A DNA stretch of 35,021 bases from Nemertoderma westbladi. Taxonomy: Eukaryota > Animalia > Xenacoelomorpha. Of the stretch, positions 23,501-34,887 are shown piece after piece. The stretch's first letter is position 1, and every line of letters begins with the position of its first letter. The notes beneath the pieces are model-generated. The model saw nothing but the letters and a program-made list of their open reading frames with translations. It did no database searches and had not been told where the DNA came from. A program made the translations under genes and the position numbers. The stretch covers positions 1 through 35,021 of the forward strand of contig JAUCBJ010004771.1 of assembly GCA_032718475.1 (NCBI GenBank), given 5' to 3'.

Positions 23501-26500
23501 ATAAATTTGTAGACGATACGGTGTGTCGTCCTGATATCAATGTCTTGCAATCGCATAACCACACTGTACTGGTAGCTGATTGTTATTACGCAGCCAATTA
23601 AATATAAGACCATAAGTATCACGGCGAAATAGTCACTCCAGATGCAACGGTGGGACTCGTTTACTGGGTAATCAATATCTGGGATGTTTATTCGCTGGTG
23701 TCGTGAACGCGGTACCATCTCGTTATCAAAGGTATCCACAATATCAGAGTTACTATCAGCATTCAAGTCTGTAGTTGACTTCATGAAAGATGTGTCCTGT
23801 TCGATAACTTCTAATTCATTCCATCCTGAATATGAGTCAGTTGCTGACGTTATCCGTTTAGAATGTGTTACTTTCACATTATCCTGATAGAACTTTGGTT
23901 TCATAAAAGGCCCTGCAACAAGTTTAGTGATATCTACAACAACTGTTTCTATGTTTTTTTCCTCCCTGACTGAACGTGTTGTCTCTCGGGGTTTCGCGCA
24001 CTCAACAGCGTTTGTAGAGGTATCAGCAATGGTTTTTACGTTATCTACACTTCCTCCAACTTCTATATTGGCAACAACCACTGTTCTTAGATCCCCCAAG
24101 CTCTTACTAACATCGGCAGCTGAGTCCTCGTTGTTGTCAATATTTGTTCCGATAGCATCCGCGCTATCAGCCCGTTCTTTTGTATCCTTAGCATTTGTTT
24201 TAGCTACTGTATCGAGATTATGTTGACCTGAAATAACATCGGCAATAACTTTAACACTATCAGTTTCCGCATCCTCTATAGTTTTCAAATTACCCAAGCA
24301 TTCAATATTCTCAGTTTCTGAATTTTCAATTATTTCCATATTTTCCGCGCTTTCTACATCTTCGGCAATCGCATCTGCTATTGTTGTTAGCATATTGTAT
24401 AAATATTCACCATCCTCGTTATTTGTATTCACAGTTACGATATCCTGTTTACCCGAAACAGCGTCGGTTATCGGATCAACATCATCAGTGTTCGCATCCT
24501 CAATTGTTTTCATATCATTATCCACGCATTCAATATCATATGTATTAGCATCCTCCGTTTTCATATCATCCCGAAATTTAATATTTAATTTTTTATTATC
24601 AACTGTTTCCACATCATGTTGACTTAAAACGACATTATGATCATCAGTATTCACATTGTTAATTGTCTCATGTTTATCTACGCATCCAATATCCTCAATT
24701 GTGGAACCTGATGTTTTCAAATTATCCACCCCTTTAGTATCATCATCCATATTTGTACCATCAACGATTGCGGGATTATTTTGACTTACAACAATATCGG
24801 TATTAATATCACCATCTTCATCAATCGTATCTATAATTGGTTTGAGATTATTCGGCGGATCTTCGCCGCTCTCAGTATCCAAATCAGCCATATCATCCAA
24901 AATTTTCTAAACTTTTTCAAACGATTAGTTATTATTTGTATTTTAATTATTTTTTTATGCTTGTTTTACAACTTTTCACTGATATTAAATGCATTGTAAC
25001 ATTAATTAATTAATTAATTCAATTATACGAATTTTTTTTAATGAAATAATAACCTTGACTTTATTACAGTAATAACATGAAATTAAAAACTAATAAAATT
25101 ATGTTTAAAAGTTAAATAACCGGGCGGTTTCATTCACTAACGATCGCAGAGAGTGTGTGTTCCAATAATAATATAAGAGGTTCGAAACGATATAGGAATT
25201 ATTTACATTAAGTTTATAGTTTTATTCAAAAATTGTTACATTAAATATGTTTGCATGTAAAACCTACGTACACATACCCATTATTTACAACTTTTTTAGT
25301 TAAATATGGTGTGATATTTTATTGGCTAAATAGTATAATACCATACCAATCAATGTAGTGTCAAAGTATTATTGCATTTGTGGTATATTTTTACAACAGG
25401 TATCGACGTAGTTATTAGGCCTAAAGTACTTTCTAATAATATAACATGATAATATATTGTATTGTGGGGCGAGCCAAGATGTGAGCGAAGCCTTAGCATA
25501 TGGGTGCCATTGGCGAGTTGTATGTCGTCGTCGTCGTCGTCTGTCGTCGTAAATTTTTGATCGCTAATAACTCGATTATTCTTCGATGAAATTAAACGAA
25601 ACTTGTTACGTATGTAGTCCGGCAAAAGTTTTGAAAGAATCTGAAGTTTCGTCAAAAACCAACGAACGCAACGAGGCACAATATGAGGACGAGTATTGTG
25701 TTGAAGACTTCTGACTAACGGCAGACAACTCGTTAATGGTACCCATATGCTAAAGGCTTTGCTCACTTCGTGCTGCGCGAAGGCCCCACGAACGTGTTTG
25801 TAACGTTGCACAAGCGACCGTAAAGCAATTTCACTCAGTTTCATTTTAAAGTAACCTACTCATCTAGAGCTGAAAAGACTTATTTGATTATTTTCAGCTG
25901 TAATGCGAATGTTGACATCTGGAATTATATAAATTATTGATTTTCCCCAGTATTTGGGCCATGTGAATTATACTCCGCTGTTATATGTGTTTCACTTTGC
26001 GGTTTAACCCCATGTGAAGAAAACCAGGTTTCACTAAAAACCCTTGTTACAAAAGGACTGGATCTAACCAAAACAATAAATGAATTAGTTTATGTTCAGG
26101 CTATAAGATATAAATAATCGCTATAAAATTTAATTATTTTATTAATAAAATTATTTTTTTAATTTAATTTTTTTATTTTAATTTTTTATTATAATTGTTT
26201 TTTTATTTAATTATATTAATTTAATTAAGTTCAAATTCTTCATATATAAAATTTCGACCGCATAGTTTAAACCTGGAATTTTTCACATTGGGCGCAGTTT
26301 TCGCGTTATTTAGTAATGATTCAATTTTGGAATAAACAAAATTAATATAAAATATTTTTTGGTTGAAATCTATTTTATTTATAAGTCTAAAACCGTAATG
26401 AATAATTTACCAAATACTGTAATATAAATATGTGTTTTATTGCCTAACTAATTGAATATAATGTCGGAATATGTAACGTATATATGACCTTTTATACAAT

Positions 26501-28810
26501 CATGATTGTGAGTTACCCAGTGAAGCGTTTCTTTCTGCGGGAGTTATTATTAGAAACCCGGTCAAGTGTTTCCTTACCTCCTACCTGAACCTTATAAAGG
26601 AACCTACCTGCCTACTGTGTATTGGGGGAAGGGGGGGGGGGGGGGGGGGGGGGTTACAATAGATTATCATTGCTAAGTGCTGTCGCATACCGGAACTTTC
26701 TTCTTTTTTTATCTTATAGCATGAATAATTAATTTCTTGAGCGAAGGAGAAATCAATATTTAATGGATTCCATTTGTGTAGAATAGCTGGTTCCTTGATT
26801 TTGAATCCAATGTTATATATGACGTTGAGCTAGAGAAAAACATTTATTTCAATAAAACTGGATTCGCGTATCAATAATAACTATTGCACTATATTTCATT
26901 GTATTGCACTATATTTCATTGTATTGCACCATATTTCATTGTATTGCTCTGTATTTCACGCCGCTCGAATGGGAGTGTTTACACAAACGAGCGTAATTTT
27001 CAAGTTTCTAAGTTTTATTAATGAGAAATCGTATATTATACCGGTACCGGTTCCATACCGGTAACAACCAATGTAAGCGTGTGTTTTATGCAGCCTACAG
27101 GCTGCATAAGTACGCCTATTAGGTGTATGCAGCGACAGAATGAGTGACATCCGTCCTGTCCGCCGTATGGTAATGTTAGGCCTACCTCAGAGTAACCGTA
27201 GAATACAGTACAATCATAATGGAATAATACTTCTGCTTTATTTCACGCCGTGATATATAGGTTCCCATATCCCTGCATTGAGTTTACTTTATTTCACGGC
27301 GTATTTCACGCCGACTTGAAAATAACATATAAAATTTAACTGTATCCTTCTATATATCTCTATCTGTCTTCCATTAGATGTGTTTAAGTCAACCCGTTCT
27401 CTCGGTACATTCTACGCCGTTATGTTGACTTACATCGCTTCTTCTCTCCTTCACGGCATCAACTTCCAGCTATCCGCCACTCTGCTTTCTCTCGGTTTAT
27501 ACTCCTACGTGGAATTTGTTCTCCGAAATAAACTTTCTAGAATATTTAATAGCTGCATCGGATGTAGGAGTTGCCGACCAAATTGTTCCCATGACAACAA
27601 AAAGGTTGGATTTAATTATCTAATTTTATTGGAAATTTTTCATGAGTCCCGCTTCACACGGCACCTATAATATATGTATTTGTCTTGTGTTAAATATGTT
27701 TTGTTTTTTTCTCCGTATTAAGTGTTTCATAGCCGCTTATTTATGTCTTATAACCTGTACAGATAACAATATTAGTTTATTGTTTTGGTTATTCAGCCCT
27801 TCTGTAATCTGTTTTTTTTTATTGAAAACCTGGTTTTATTCACATTGAGGTAAACTGCAAAGTGAAATATAACAGCAGAAGTATTCACATGTGCTGAAAC
27901 TTTTTTAACCAATTAATTTTTAAATTTAAATTATTTAACCAATTTATCTGTTTCCTAAGCTATTGAACTCATTGATTTCTTCCACAGTGGAGCGTCGGTG
28001 CGATTTTGTTTAACTTTGGGTTCAGTCTTCTATCGATGTTCCATCTCGCCTACCTTGGAGTTATGTTTGACACGTCTGACAACGCAGAAACCGTAAGTAT
28101 TTCTATCAATTATCTCACCAAGGTAAATCGGCACATTGGCGGGAATAGATAGATAGATTTATTTATACATTATGTAAAAAACAATAACAAATACACCAAA
28201 CAATGTACCGGTATAAAGGTATTGTCCAACATAACATATAGGATTACCCCTAAAGCTTTGCAGCTTATTTCCAAGGGGTCCTTAATAATAGAATTGAATC
28301 GAAAATTGAATCCACCGCTGCAGCTGGTAGGCGCGTCTTAGTGTTAAAGTACCCTTCTCAGATAGGAGGCGAGGGAGGCTAGAAACTGTAACCTGTTCTG
28401 TTTACTTCAGTTTATTGTTTTTGTTAGAATAACGTGCCACTGTAACCTGTTCCTTTCCATTAATTGATAATTTAACCTCAATTTTAGATATCAGTCAATG
28501 CTAATTATTATTAATTCGATGATATGGGATATATGTACAATTTTCCCCTAGAGTTAAACTATGGAGTGTCTGAGTACCGCGGTACCTAGTGTGGTGGAGT
28601 GGAGTGGTGCTCAATCGGCTTTGAAAGTGTACTTGGTCGGTTTCTCAAATAATCATTGAAAAATTGCCGCCTTTTTCAAAAGTCGTTGTTTTGCTATTAT
28701 TATTATTCCAGGGTTACAACATGGAACATACACTGAGTAAATGGTCAAAACTTGACTTCGCCAGTCATATAGTTGTGGGAGTCACTTACGCCATCTGGTG
28801 GTTACTTTAA
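14067..28810 (+). CDS. PORCN: Porcupine, Wnt serine O-palmitoleoyltransferase (MBOAT family); join(14067..14536,16596..16636,17364..17542,21361..21470,21600..21970,27378..27604,27988..28092,28712..28810), 533 aa
   Basis: All junctions are GT-AG and phase-compatible (total 1602 nt); motifs WNHIRGPQMIACMKLISLAFD, GPW, WLLAYQDAFSFRMSHYF, VTNWNLPMH.WL, catalytic SSLLHG (His at 27452-27454), FHLAYLG, KWSKLDFASH match Porcupine. Confidence 0.93.
15009..15450. repeat. 17-bp minisatellite (GAAGGCCGAATGGGACA)n in Porcupine intron 1, probably one arm of a DNA element
   Basis: About 25 copies, ending in the unique cap GGAATTCCGTAGTTTCC. Confidence 0.85.
16170..16385 (-). mobile_element. Dispersed repeat family, copy 2 (inverted)
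   Basis: Reverse-complement similarity to 1157-1352. Confidence 0.55.
16596..16636 (+). CDS. PORCN: Porcupine coding exon 2 (41 nt, ELFNNPIAWNHIR)
   Basis: TTTTCAG| acceptor, G|GTGAGT donor; supplies the conserved W..IRG motif. Confidence 0.88.
17364..17542 (+). CDS. PORCN: Porcupine coding exon 3
   Basis: TTTATAG| acceptor; GPQMIACMKLISLAFD...FGPWLSY; donor CAT|GTAAGT at 17543. Confidence 0.9.
18971..19172 (-). mobile_element. tRNA-derived SINE nested in the hAT element
   Basis: On the - strand: A box TGGTGTAGTGG (19167-19157), B box GGTTCTAACC (19123-19114), CTTTA-type simple-repeat tail. Confidence 0.6.
19732..19794 (-). mobile_element. Short interspersed fragment, probably a LINE (CR1/L2-like) 3' end
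   Basis: Near-identical copy at 28221-28283; can form a stem-loop. Confidence 0.5.
21361..21470 (+). CDS. PORCN: Porcupine coding exon 4
   Basis: TTTTATTAG| acceptor; NWALNLLRSLTLSMLFLLVSTC; donor AA|GTGAGT. Confidence 0.88.
21600..21970 (+). CDS. PORCN: Porcupine coding exon 5
   Basis: TTTTACAG| acceptor; WLLAYQDAFSFRMSHYFV...ELPRGLVEVVTNWNLPMHCWLKQ; donor T|GTGAGT. Confidence 0.92.
22163..22252. repeat. 30-bp tandem repeat, 3 copies (TTAATAATTTCAGTTACTAATTACAGCTAC)
   Basis: Directly visible. Confidence 0.85.
22497..22950 (-). mobile_element. Possible decayed LINE 3' end
   Basis: The - strand ends AATAAAC(ATT)n; upstream degenerate peptide YFGLQAF resembles CR1/L2 ORF2 C-termini. Confidence 0.3.
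23374..24891 (-). CDS. Nested antisense intronless orphan ORF (~505 aa from the first ATG): acidic degenerate-repeat region plus two C-terminal transmembrane helices
   Basis: 1.5 kb without stops in AT-rich DNA; recurrent DIECVDNxKTIEDANT-like motif; hydrophobic segments YFAVILMVLYLIGCVITISY and FIISFVVVLGVALPYMKLVCLI; AATAAA on the - strand at ~23223-23228. Confidence 0.72.
   Translation of the reverse strand: MADLDTESGEDPPNNLKPIIDTIDEDGDINTDIVVSQNNPAIVDGTNMDDDTKGVDNLKTSGSTIEDIGCVDKHETINNVNTDDHNVVLSQHDVETVDNKKLNIKFRDDMKTEDANTYDIECVDNDMKTIEDANTDDVDPITDAVSGKQDIVTVNTNNEDGEYLYNMLTTIADAIAEDVESAENMEIIENSETENIECLGNLKTIEDAETDSVKVIADVISGQHNLDTVAKTNAKDTKERADSADAIGTNIDNNEDSAADVSKSLGDLRTVVVANIEVGGSVDNVKTIADTSTNAVECAKPRETTRSVREEKNIETVVVDITKLVAGPFMKPKFYQDNVKVTHSKRITSATDSYSGWNELEVIEQDTSFMKSTTDLNADSNSDIVDTFDNEMVPRSRHQRINIPDIDYPVNESHRCIWSDYFAVILMVLYLIGCVITISYQYSVVMRLQDIDIRTTHRIVYKFIISFVVVLGVALPYMKLVCLIHRAINRSVFRERRGSTPLTKY
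25350..25844 (-). CDS. Hypothetical 164-aa nested ORF
   Basis: AAAATG start context; higher GC than its flanks; N-terminal KLSEIALRSL resembles a BC-box helix; no recognised family. Confidence 0.35.
   Translation of the reverse strand: MKLSEIALRSLVQRYKHVRGAFAQHEVSKAFSIWVPLTSCLPLVRSLQHNTRPHIVPRCVRWFLTKLQILSKLLPDYIRNKFRLISSKNNRVISDQKFTTTDDDDDDIQLANGTHMLRLRSHLGSPHNTIYYHVILLESTLGLITTSIPVVKIYHKCNNTLTLH
26008..26292. mobile_element. Degenerate MITE with an AT-rich interior
   Basis: Imperfect ~28-bp inverted repeat CCCCATGTGAAGAAAACCAGGTTTCACT / AGTTTAAACCTGGAATTTTTCACATTGGG. Confidence 0.4.
26882..26948. repeat. 20-bp tandem repeat, ~3.3 copies (TATTGCACTATATTTCATTG)
   Basis: Directly visible. 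Confidence 0.8.
27378..27604 (+). CDS. PORCN: Porcupine coding exon 6 (catalytic His, Cys-rich motif)
   Basis: CCATTAG| acceptor; YVFK...SSLLHG...YVEFVLR..L...CI...C..NCSH; donor AAG|GTTGGA. Confidence 0.93.
27988..28092 (+). CDS. PORCN: Porcupine coding exon 7
   Basis: TTCCACAG| acceptor; FHLAYLGVMFD; donor ACC|GTAAGT. Confidence 0.92.
28221..28283 (-). mobile_element. Second copy of the short LINE-3'-like fragment
   Basis: Near-identical to 19732-19794. Confidence 0.5.
28380..28540 (+). mobile_element. Dispersed repeat family, copy 3
   Basis: Similar to 1240-1350. Confidence 0.55.
28712..28810 (+). CDS. PORCN: Porcupine last coding exon
   Basis: TTCCAG| acceptor; GYNMEHTLSKWSKLDFASH...TAA. 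Confidence 0.92.
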   Translation, partial: GYNMEHTLSKWSKLDFASHIVVGVTYAIWWLL

Positions 28811-28903
28811 TTATTGGCCGTTACATAAGTCATATCTTCTGTCGACAAACCTGTAACAGATCATTCGTTACATTTATACTAACATGTACAACAGTTAAAC
28901 TAC

Positions 28904-28919
28904 TAGCGCCTCCTAGTGG
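28904..28919 (-). promoter_or_regulatory. CTCF-like motif CCACTAGGAGGCGCTA
   Basis: Close match to the CCASYAGRKGGCRS core, with one deviation. Confidence 0.4.
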
Positions 28920-29059
28920 TTTCATTAAAGATCGGCAATGTAAGTATACACACCCCATTTCCTGGTATATTTATATTTTAATTTATCTTACAAACTCTAA
29001 CTAAAATATCTTAAAATTTAACTCAACTAACTTAAATATTAAACTTAAATATTAAACTG

Positions 29060-32000
29060 ACATTCATTTATTTTACAAATTCACACTAATTTATATTACA
29101 AATTCACACTAAATTATTTCACAAATTCACACTAATTTTCTTACACACTCACACTAAATTATCGTACAAATTCACACGAATTTATTTTACAAGTTCACAC
29201 TAATATATCTTACAAACTCACACTAATTTATTTCTACACACACTAATTTATCTTACAAACCACACTAATTTATCTTACAAACGCACACATGTTTTCTTAC
29301 ACACTAATTTATCTTACAAACTCACACTAATTTATCTTACAAATTCACACTAATTTATCTTACACACTCACACTAATTTATCTTACAAATTCACACTAAT
29401 TTATCGTACAAATTCACACTAATTTATCTTACAAATTCACACTAATTTATCTTACAAACTCACACTAATTTATTTCTACACACACTAATTTATCTTACAA
29501 ACCACACTAATTTATCTTACAAACGCACACATGTTTTCTTACACACTAATTTATCTTACAAACTCACACTAATTTATCTTACAAATTCACACTAATTTAT
29601 CTTAAAAATTCACACTAATTTATCTTACACACTCACACTAATTTATCTTACAAATTCACACTAATTTATCGTACAAATTCACACTAATTTATCTTACAAA
29701 TTCACACTAATTTATTTCTACACACACTAATTTATCTTACAAACCACACTAATTTATCTTACAAACGCACACATGTTTTCTTACACACTAATTTATCTTA
29801 CAAACTCACACACTAATTTATCTTGCAAACTCACACTAATTTTCTTACAAACTCACACACTAATTTATCTTACAAACTCATACTAATTTATCTTACAAAC
29901 TCACACTAATTTTCTTACACACTCCCACTAATTTATCTTACACACTCACACTAATTTTCTTACACACTCCCACTAATTTATCTTACACACTCACACTATT
30001 TTTTTACACACTCACACTAATTTATCGTACAAATTCACACTAATTTATTTTACAAGTTGACACTAATATATCTTACAAACTCACACTAATTTATCTTACA
30101 AACGCACACATGTTTTCTTACACACTAATTTATCATACAAACTCACACAAATTTTCTTACACACTCACACTAATTTATCGTACAAATTCACACTAATTTA
30201 TCTTACAAATTCACACTAATTTATCTTACAAACTCACACTAATTTATCTTACACACTCACACTAATTTATCTTACAAATTCACACTAATTTATCGTACAA
30301 ATTCACACTAATTTATCTTACAAATTCACACTAATTTATCTTACAAACTCACACTAATTTATTTCTACACACACTCATTTATATTACAAACCACACTAAT
30401 TTATCTTACAAACGCACACATGTTTTCTTACACACTAATTTATCTTACAAACTCACACACTAATTTATCTTACAAACTCACACTAATTTTCTTACAAACT
30501 CACACACTAATTTATCTTACAAACTCACACTAATTTATCTTACAAACTTACACTAATTTTCTTACACACTCCCACTAATTTATCTTACACACTCACACTA
30601 ATTTTCTTACACACTCACACTAATTTATCGTACAAATTCACACTAATTTATCTTACAAATTCATACTAATTTATCTTATAAACTCACACTAATTTATCTT
30701 ACAAACTCACACTAATTTTCTTACACACTCACACTAATTTATCGTACAAATTCACACTAATTTATCTTACAAATTCATGCTAATTTATCTTACAAACTCA
30801 CACTAATTTATCTTACAAACTCACACACTAATTTATCTTACAAACTCACACTAATTTTCTTACAAACTCACACACTAATTTATCTTACAAACTCACACTA
30901 ATTTATCTTACAAACTTACACTAATTTTCTGACACACTCCCACTAATTTATCTTACACACTCACACTAATTTTCGTACACACTCACACTAATTTATCGTA
31001 CAAATTCACACTAATTTATCTTACAAATTCACACTAATTTATTTCTACACACACTAATTTATATTACAAACCACACTAATTTATCTTACAAACGCACACA
31101 TGTTTTCTTACACACTAATTTATCTTACAAACTCACACACTAATTTATCTTACAAACTCACACTAATTTTCTTACAAACTCACACACTAATTTATCTTAC
31201 AAACTCACACTAATTTATCTTACAAACTTACACTAATTTTCTTACACACTCCCACTAATTTATCTTACACACTCACACTAATTTTCTTACACACTCACAC
31301 TAATTTATCGTACAAATTCACACTAATTTATCTTACAAATTCATACTAATTTATCTTATAAACTCACACTAATTTATCTTACAAACTCACACTAATTTTC
31401 TTACACACTCACACTAATTTATCGTACAAATTCACACTAATTTATCTTACAAATTCATGCTAATTTATCTTACAAACTCACACTAATTTATCTTACAAAC
31501 TCACACACTAATTTATCTTACAAACTCACACTAATTTTCTTACAAACTCACACACTAATTTATCTTACAAACTCACACTAATTTATCTTACAAACTTACA
31601 CTAATTTTCTGACACACTCCCACTAATTTATCTTACACACTCACACTAATTTTCTTACACACTCACACTAATTTATCGTACAAATTCACACTAATTTATC
31701 TTACAAATTCATACTAATTTATCTTATAAACTCACACTAATTTATCTTACAAACTCACACTAATTTTCTTACACACTCACACTAATTTATCGTACAAATT
31801 CACACTAATTTATCTTACAAATTCATGCTAATTTATCTTACAAACTCACACTAATTTATCTTACAAACTCACACACTAATTTATCTTACAAACTCACACT
31901 AATTTTCTTACAAACTCACACACTAATTTATCTTACAAACTCACACTAATTTATCTTACAAACTTACACTAATTTTCTGACACACTCCCACTAATTTATC

Positions 32001-33661
32001 TTACACACTCACACTAATTTTCTTACACACTCACACTAATTTATCGTACAAATTCACACTAATTTATCGTACAAATTCACACTAATTTATCTTACAAATT
32101 CACACTAATTTATCTTACAAACTCACACTAATTTATCTTACACACTCACACTAATTTATCTTACAAATTCACACTAATTTATCGTACAAATTCACACTAA
32201 TTTATCTTACAAATTCACACTAATTTATCTTACAAACTCACACTAATTTATTTCTACACACACTAATTTATATTACAAACCACACTAATTTATCTTACAA
32301 ACGCACACATGTTTTCTTACACACTAATTTATCTTACAAACTCACACACTAATTTATCTTACAAACTCACACTAATTTTCTTACAAACTCACACACTAAT
32401 TTATCTTACAAACTCACACTAATTTATCTTACAAACTTACACTAATTTTCTTACACACTCCCACTAATTTATCTTACACACTCACACTAATTTTCTTACA
32501 CACTCACACTAATTTATCGTACAAATTCACACTAATTTATCTTACAAATTCATACTAATTTATCTTATAAACTCACACTAATTTATCTTACAAACTCACA
32601 CTAATTTTCTTACACACTCACACTAATTTATCGTACAAATTCACACTAATTTATCTTACAAATTCATGCTAATTTATCTTACAAACTCACACTAATTTAT
32701 CTTACAAACTCACACACTAATTTATCTTACAAACTCACACTAATTTTCTTACAAACTCACACACTAATTTATCTTACAAACTCACACTAATTTATCTTAC
32801 AAACTTACACTAATTTTCTGACACACTCCCACTAATTTATCTTACACACTCACACTAATTTTCTTACACACTCACACTAATTTATCGTACAAATTCACAC
32901 TAATTTATCTTACAAATTCATACTAATTTATCTTATAAACTCCCACTAATTTATCTTACACACTCACACTAATTTTCTTACACACTCACACTAATTAAAT
33001 TATCGTACAAATTCACACTAATTTATCTTACAAATTCATACTAATTTATCTTATAAACTCCCACTAATTTATCTTACACACTCACACTAATTTTCTTACA
33101 CACTCACACTAATTTATCGTACAAATTCACACTAATTTATCTTACAAATTCATACTAATTTATCTTATAAACTCCCACTAATTTATCTTACACACTCACA
33201 CTAATTTTCTTACACACTCACACTAATTTATCGTACAAATTCACACTAATTTATCTTACAAATTCATACTAATTTATCTTATAAACTCCCACTAATTTAT
33301 CTTACAAACTCACACTAATTTTCTTACACACTCACACTAATTTATCGTACAAATTCACACTAATTTATCTTACAAATTCATACTAATTTATCTTATAAAC
33401 TCCCACTAATTTATCTTACACACTCACACTAATTTTCTTACACACTCACACTAATTTATCGTACAAATTCACACTAATTTATCTTACAAATTCATACTAA
33501 TTTATCTTATAAACTCCCACTAATTTATCTTACACACTCACACTAATTTTCTTACACACTCACACTAATTTATCGTACAAATTCACACTAATTTATCTTA
33601 CAAATTCATACTAATTTATCTTACAAACTCACACTAATTTATCTTACGAACTCACACTAAT
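29060..33661. repeat. ~23-bp satellite (CTCACACTAATTTATCTTACAAA)n, roughly 200 units with higher-order blocks
   Basis: Directly visible; + strand almost devoid of G; diagnostic variants (ACGCACACATG, TTCATGC, CTGACAC) recur periodically. Confidence 0.96.
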
Positions 33662-34803
33662 CATTGTTCTATCTCTCAGATTATCTGCAACCGGACTCAG
33701 TAGTTGGGCGACGGAGTTGGGGGGCTGCTTTCGATGTCGAGGTCGATAAATTAAACTTTTTGTTAGCGAATGGGAGACTTTGTGAGACGGATTGAGCGGG
33801 GTACCCGGGGACCCATCCAGTTACGGAGATCTTATGGCCTCCAGTCGTGGATTACCTTATTGTTCTAGTCTAGAGAACCTACTCAGTATGACTGACATAT
33901 GCAACTATTACAATATTCACATTGCCATAGATCTATATAAAGCTAGTTTTATTTAAACATTAATCCAACATTTAGAATATTAATATTTACAGTAATTTAT
34001 GATGAGGCTGTACGGTGGCTGTGTGCGATACTGTTATTATTGTTGTGTCTCACCTTATCCAGGAATATTGCCTCTATTGAGCTGTAAATTAGCATAATAT
34101 ATGAGTGAGACCCGTCCGTGGTCTATAAAGGTTTCAACAGTTGTTTTTGATTAATAATCTCTAACGTTAAAGTTTAGAGGCTATCACCCCCAGGACATAA
34201 TGTCACTTTCCCTTAAAACCAAATTGGTTACCTGCCATTGCAAGAATTTGCCATAACTATCACAATTTACTTGTGTAATCAGGCGCATTTGGACTCAAGT
34301 GGACTTGGACTCGACCCCCCCCCCCCCCTGTCACATTAGTAAATTTGTAGACCCCCAAACAATCCCCCCCCCCCCCCCCCTCCAGACAACAATTATTTTA
34401 TGTCAATAATACACAATGTTTGTTATGCCAAAATATAATATATATTCAATCACTATCTTCATTTTCCCACGTGCAAGTCAAGTGTTCATCTATATTGTAT
34501 TACAGTGTCGGAGTCAATGGCTTCTATGTCCTCCTATTATTGTTTCCTTAAAGTTACCCACTCATCTACAATGTGTTCAAGTCAAAGTCAAGGTAACATT
34601 AAAGCATAGAAATTCGCCGTGACCGTCACAAAAGTCGACGGTTTTTTTGAGAAGCACCCGGTGATATTTGCTGTAAATCCTTAAAATTTCAGCACTTTCT
34701 ATGTAAAATAATTTTTCATAAAATAAATTTGAAGGGGGGGATGGGGGGTGGCAGTTAACAACAGTAGGAAATTAAAAGAAAGTCGACATTGTGTTGACCT
34801 GGT

Positions 34804-34808
34804 AAAAA
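34804..34808 (-). terminator. Pol III terminator (T5) of tRNA-iMet
   Basis: TTTTT on the - strand, 8 nt after the tRNA 3' end. Confidence 0.65.
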
Positions 34809-34815
34809 TTAATGC

Positions 34816-34887
34816 TAGCAGAGCGTGGTTTCGATCCACGGACCTCTGGGTTATGGGCCCAGCACGCTTCCACTGCGCCACTCTGCT
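34816..34887 (-). tRNA. tRNA-iMet: Initiator tRNA-Met (CAT)
   Basis: AGCAGAGTGGCGCAGTGGAAGCGTGCTGGGCCCATAACCCAGAGGTCCGTGGATCGAAACCACGCTCTGCTA: A1-U72 pair, GGG/CCC anticodon stem and AUCG T-loop, all typical of eukaryotic initiator tRNA. Confidence 0.97.

Noticed and set aside
29060-33661. Telomeric repeat
   Set aside because: The unit is ~23 bp, heterogeneous and interstitial; it is not TTAGGG or TTAGG
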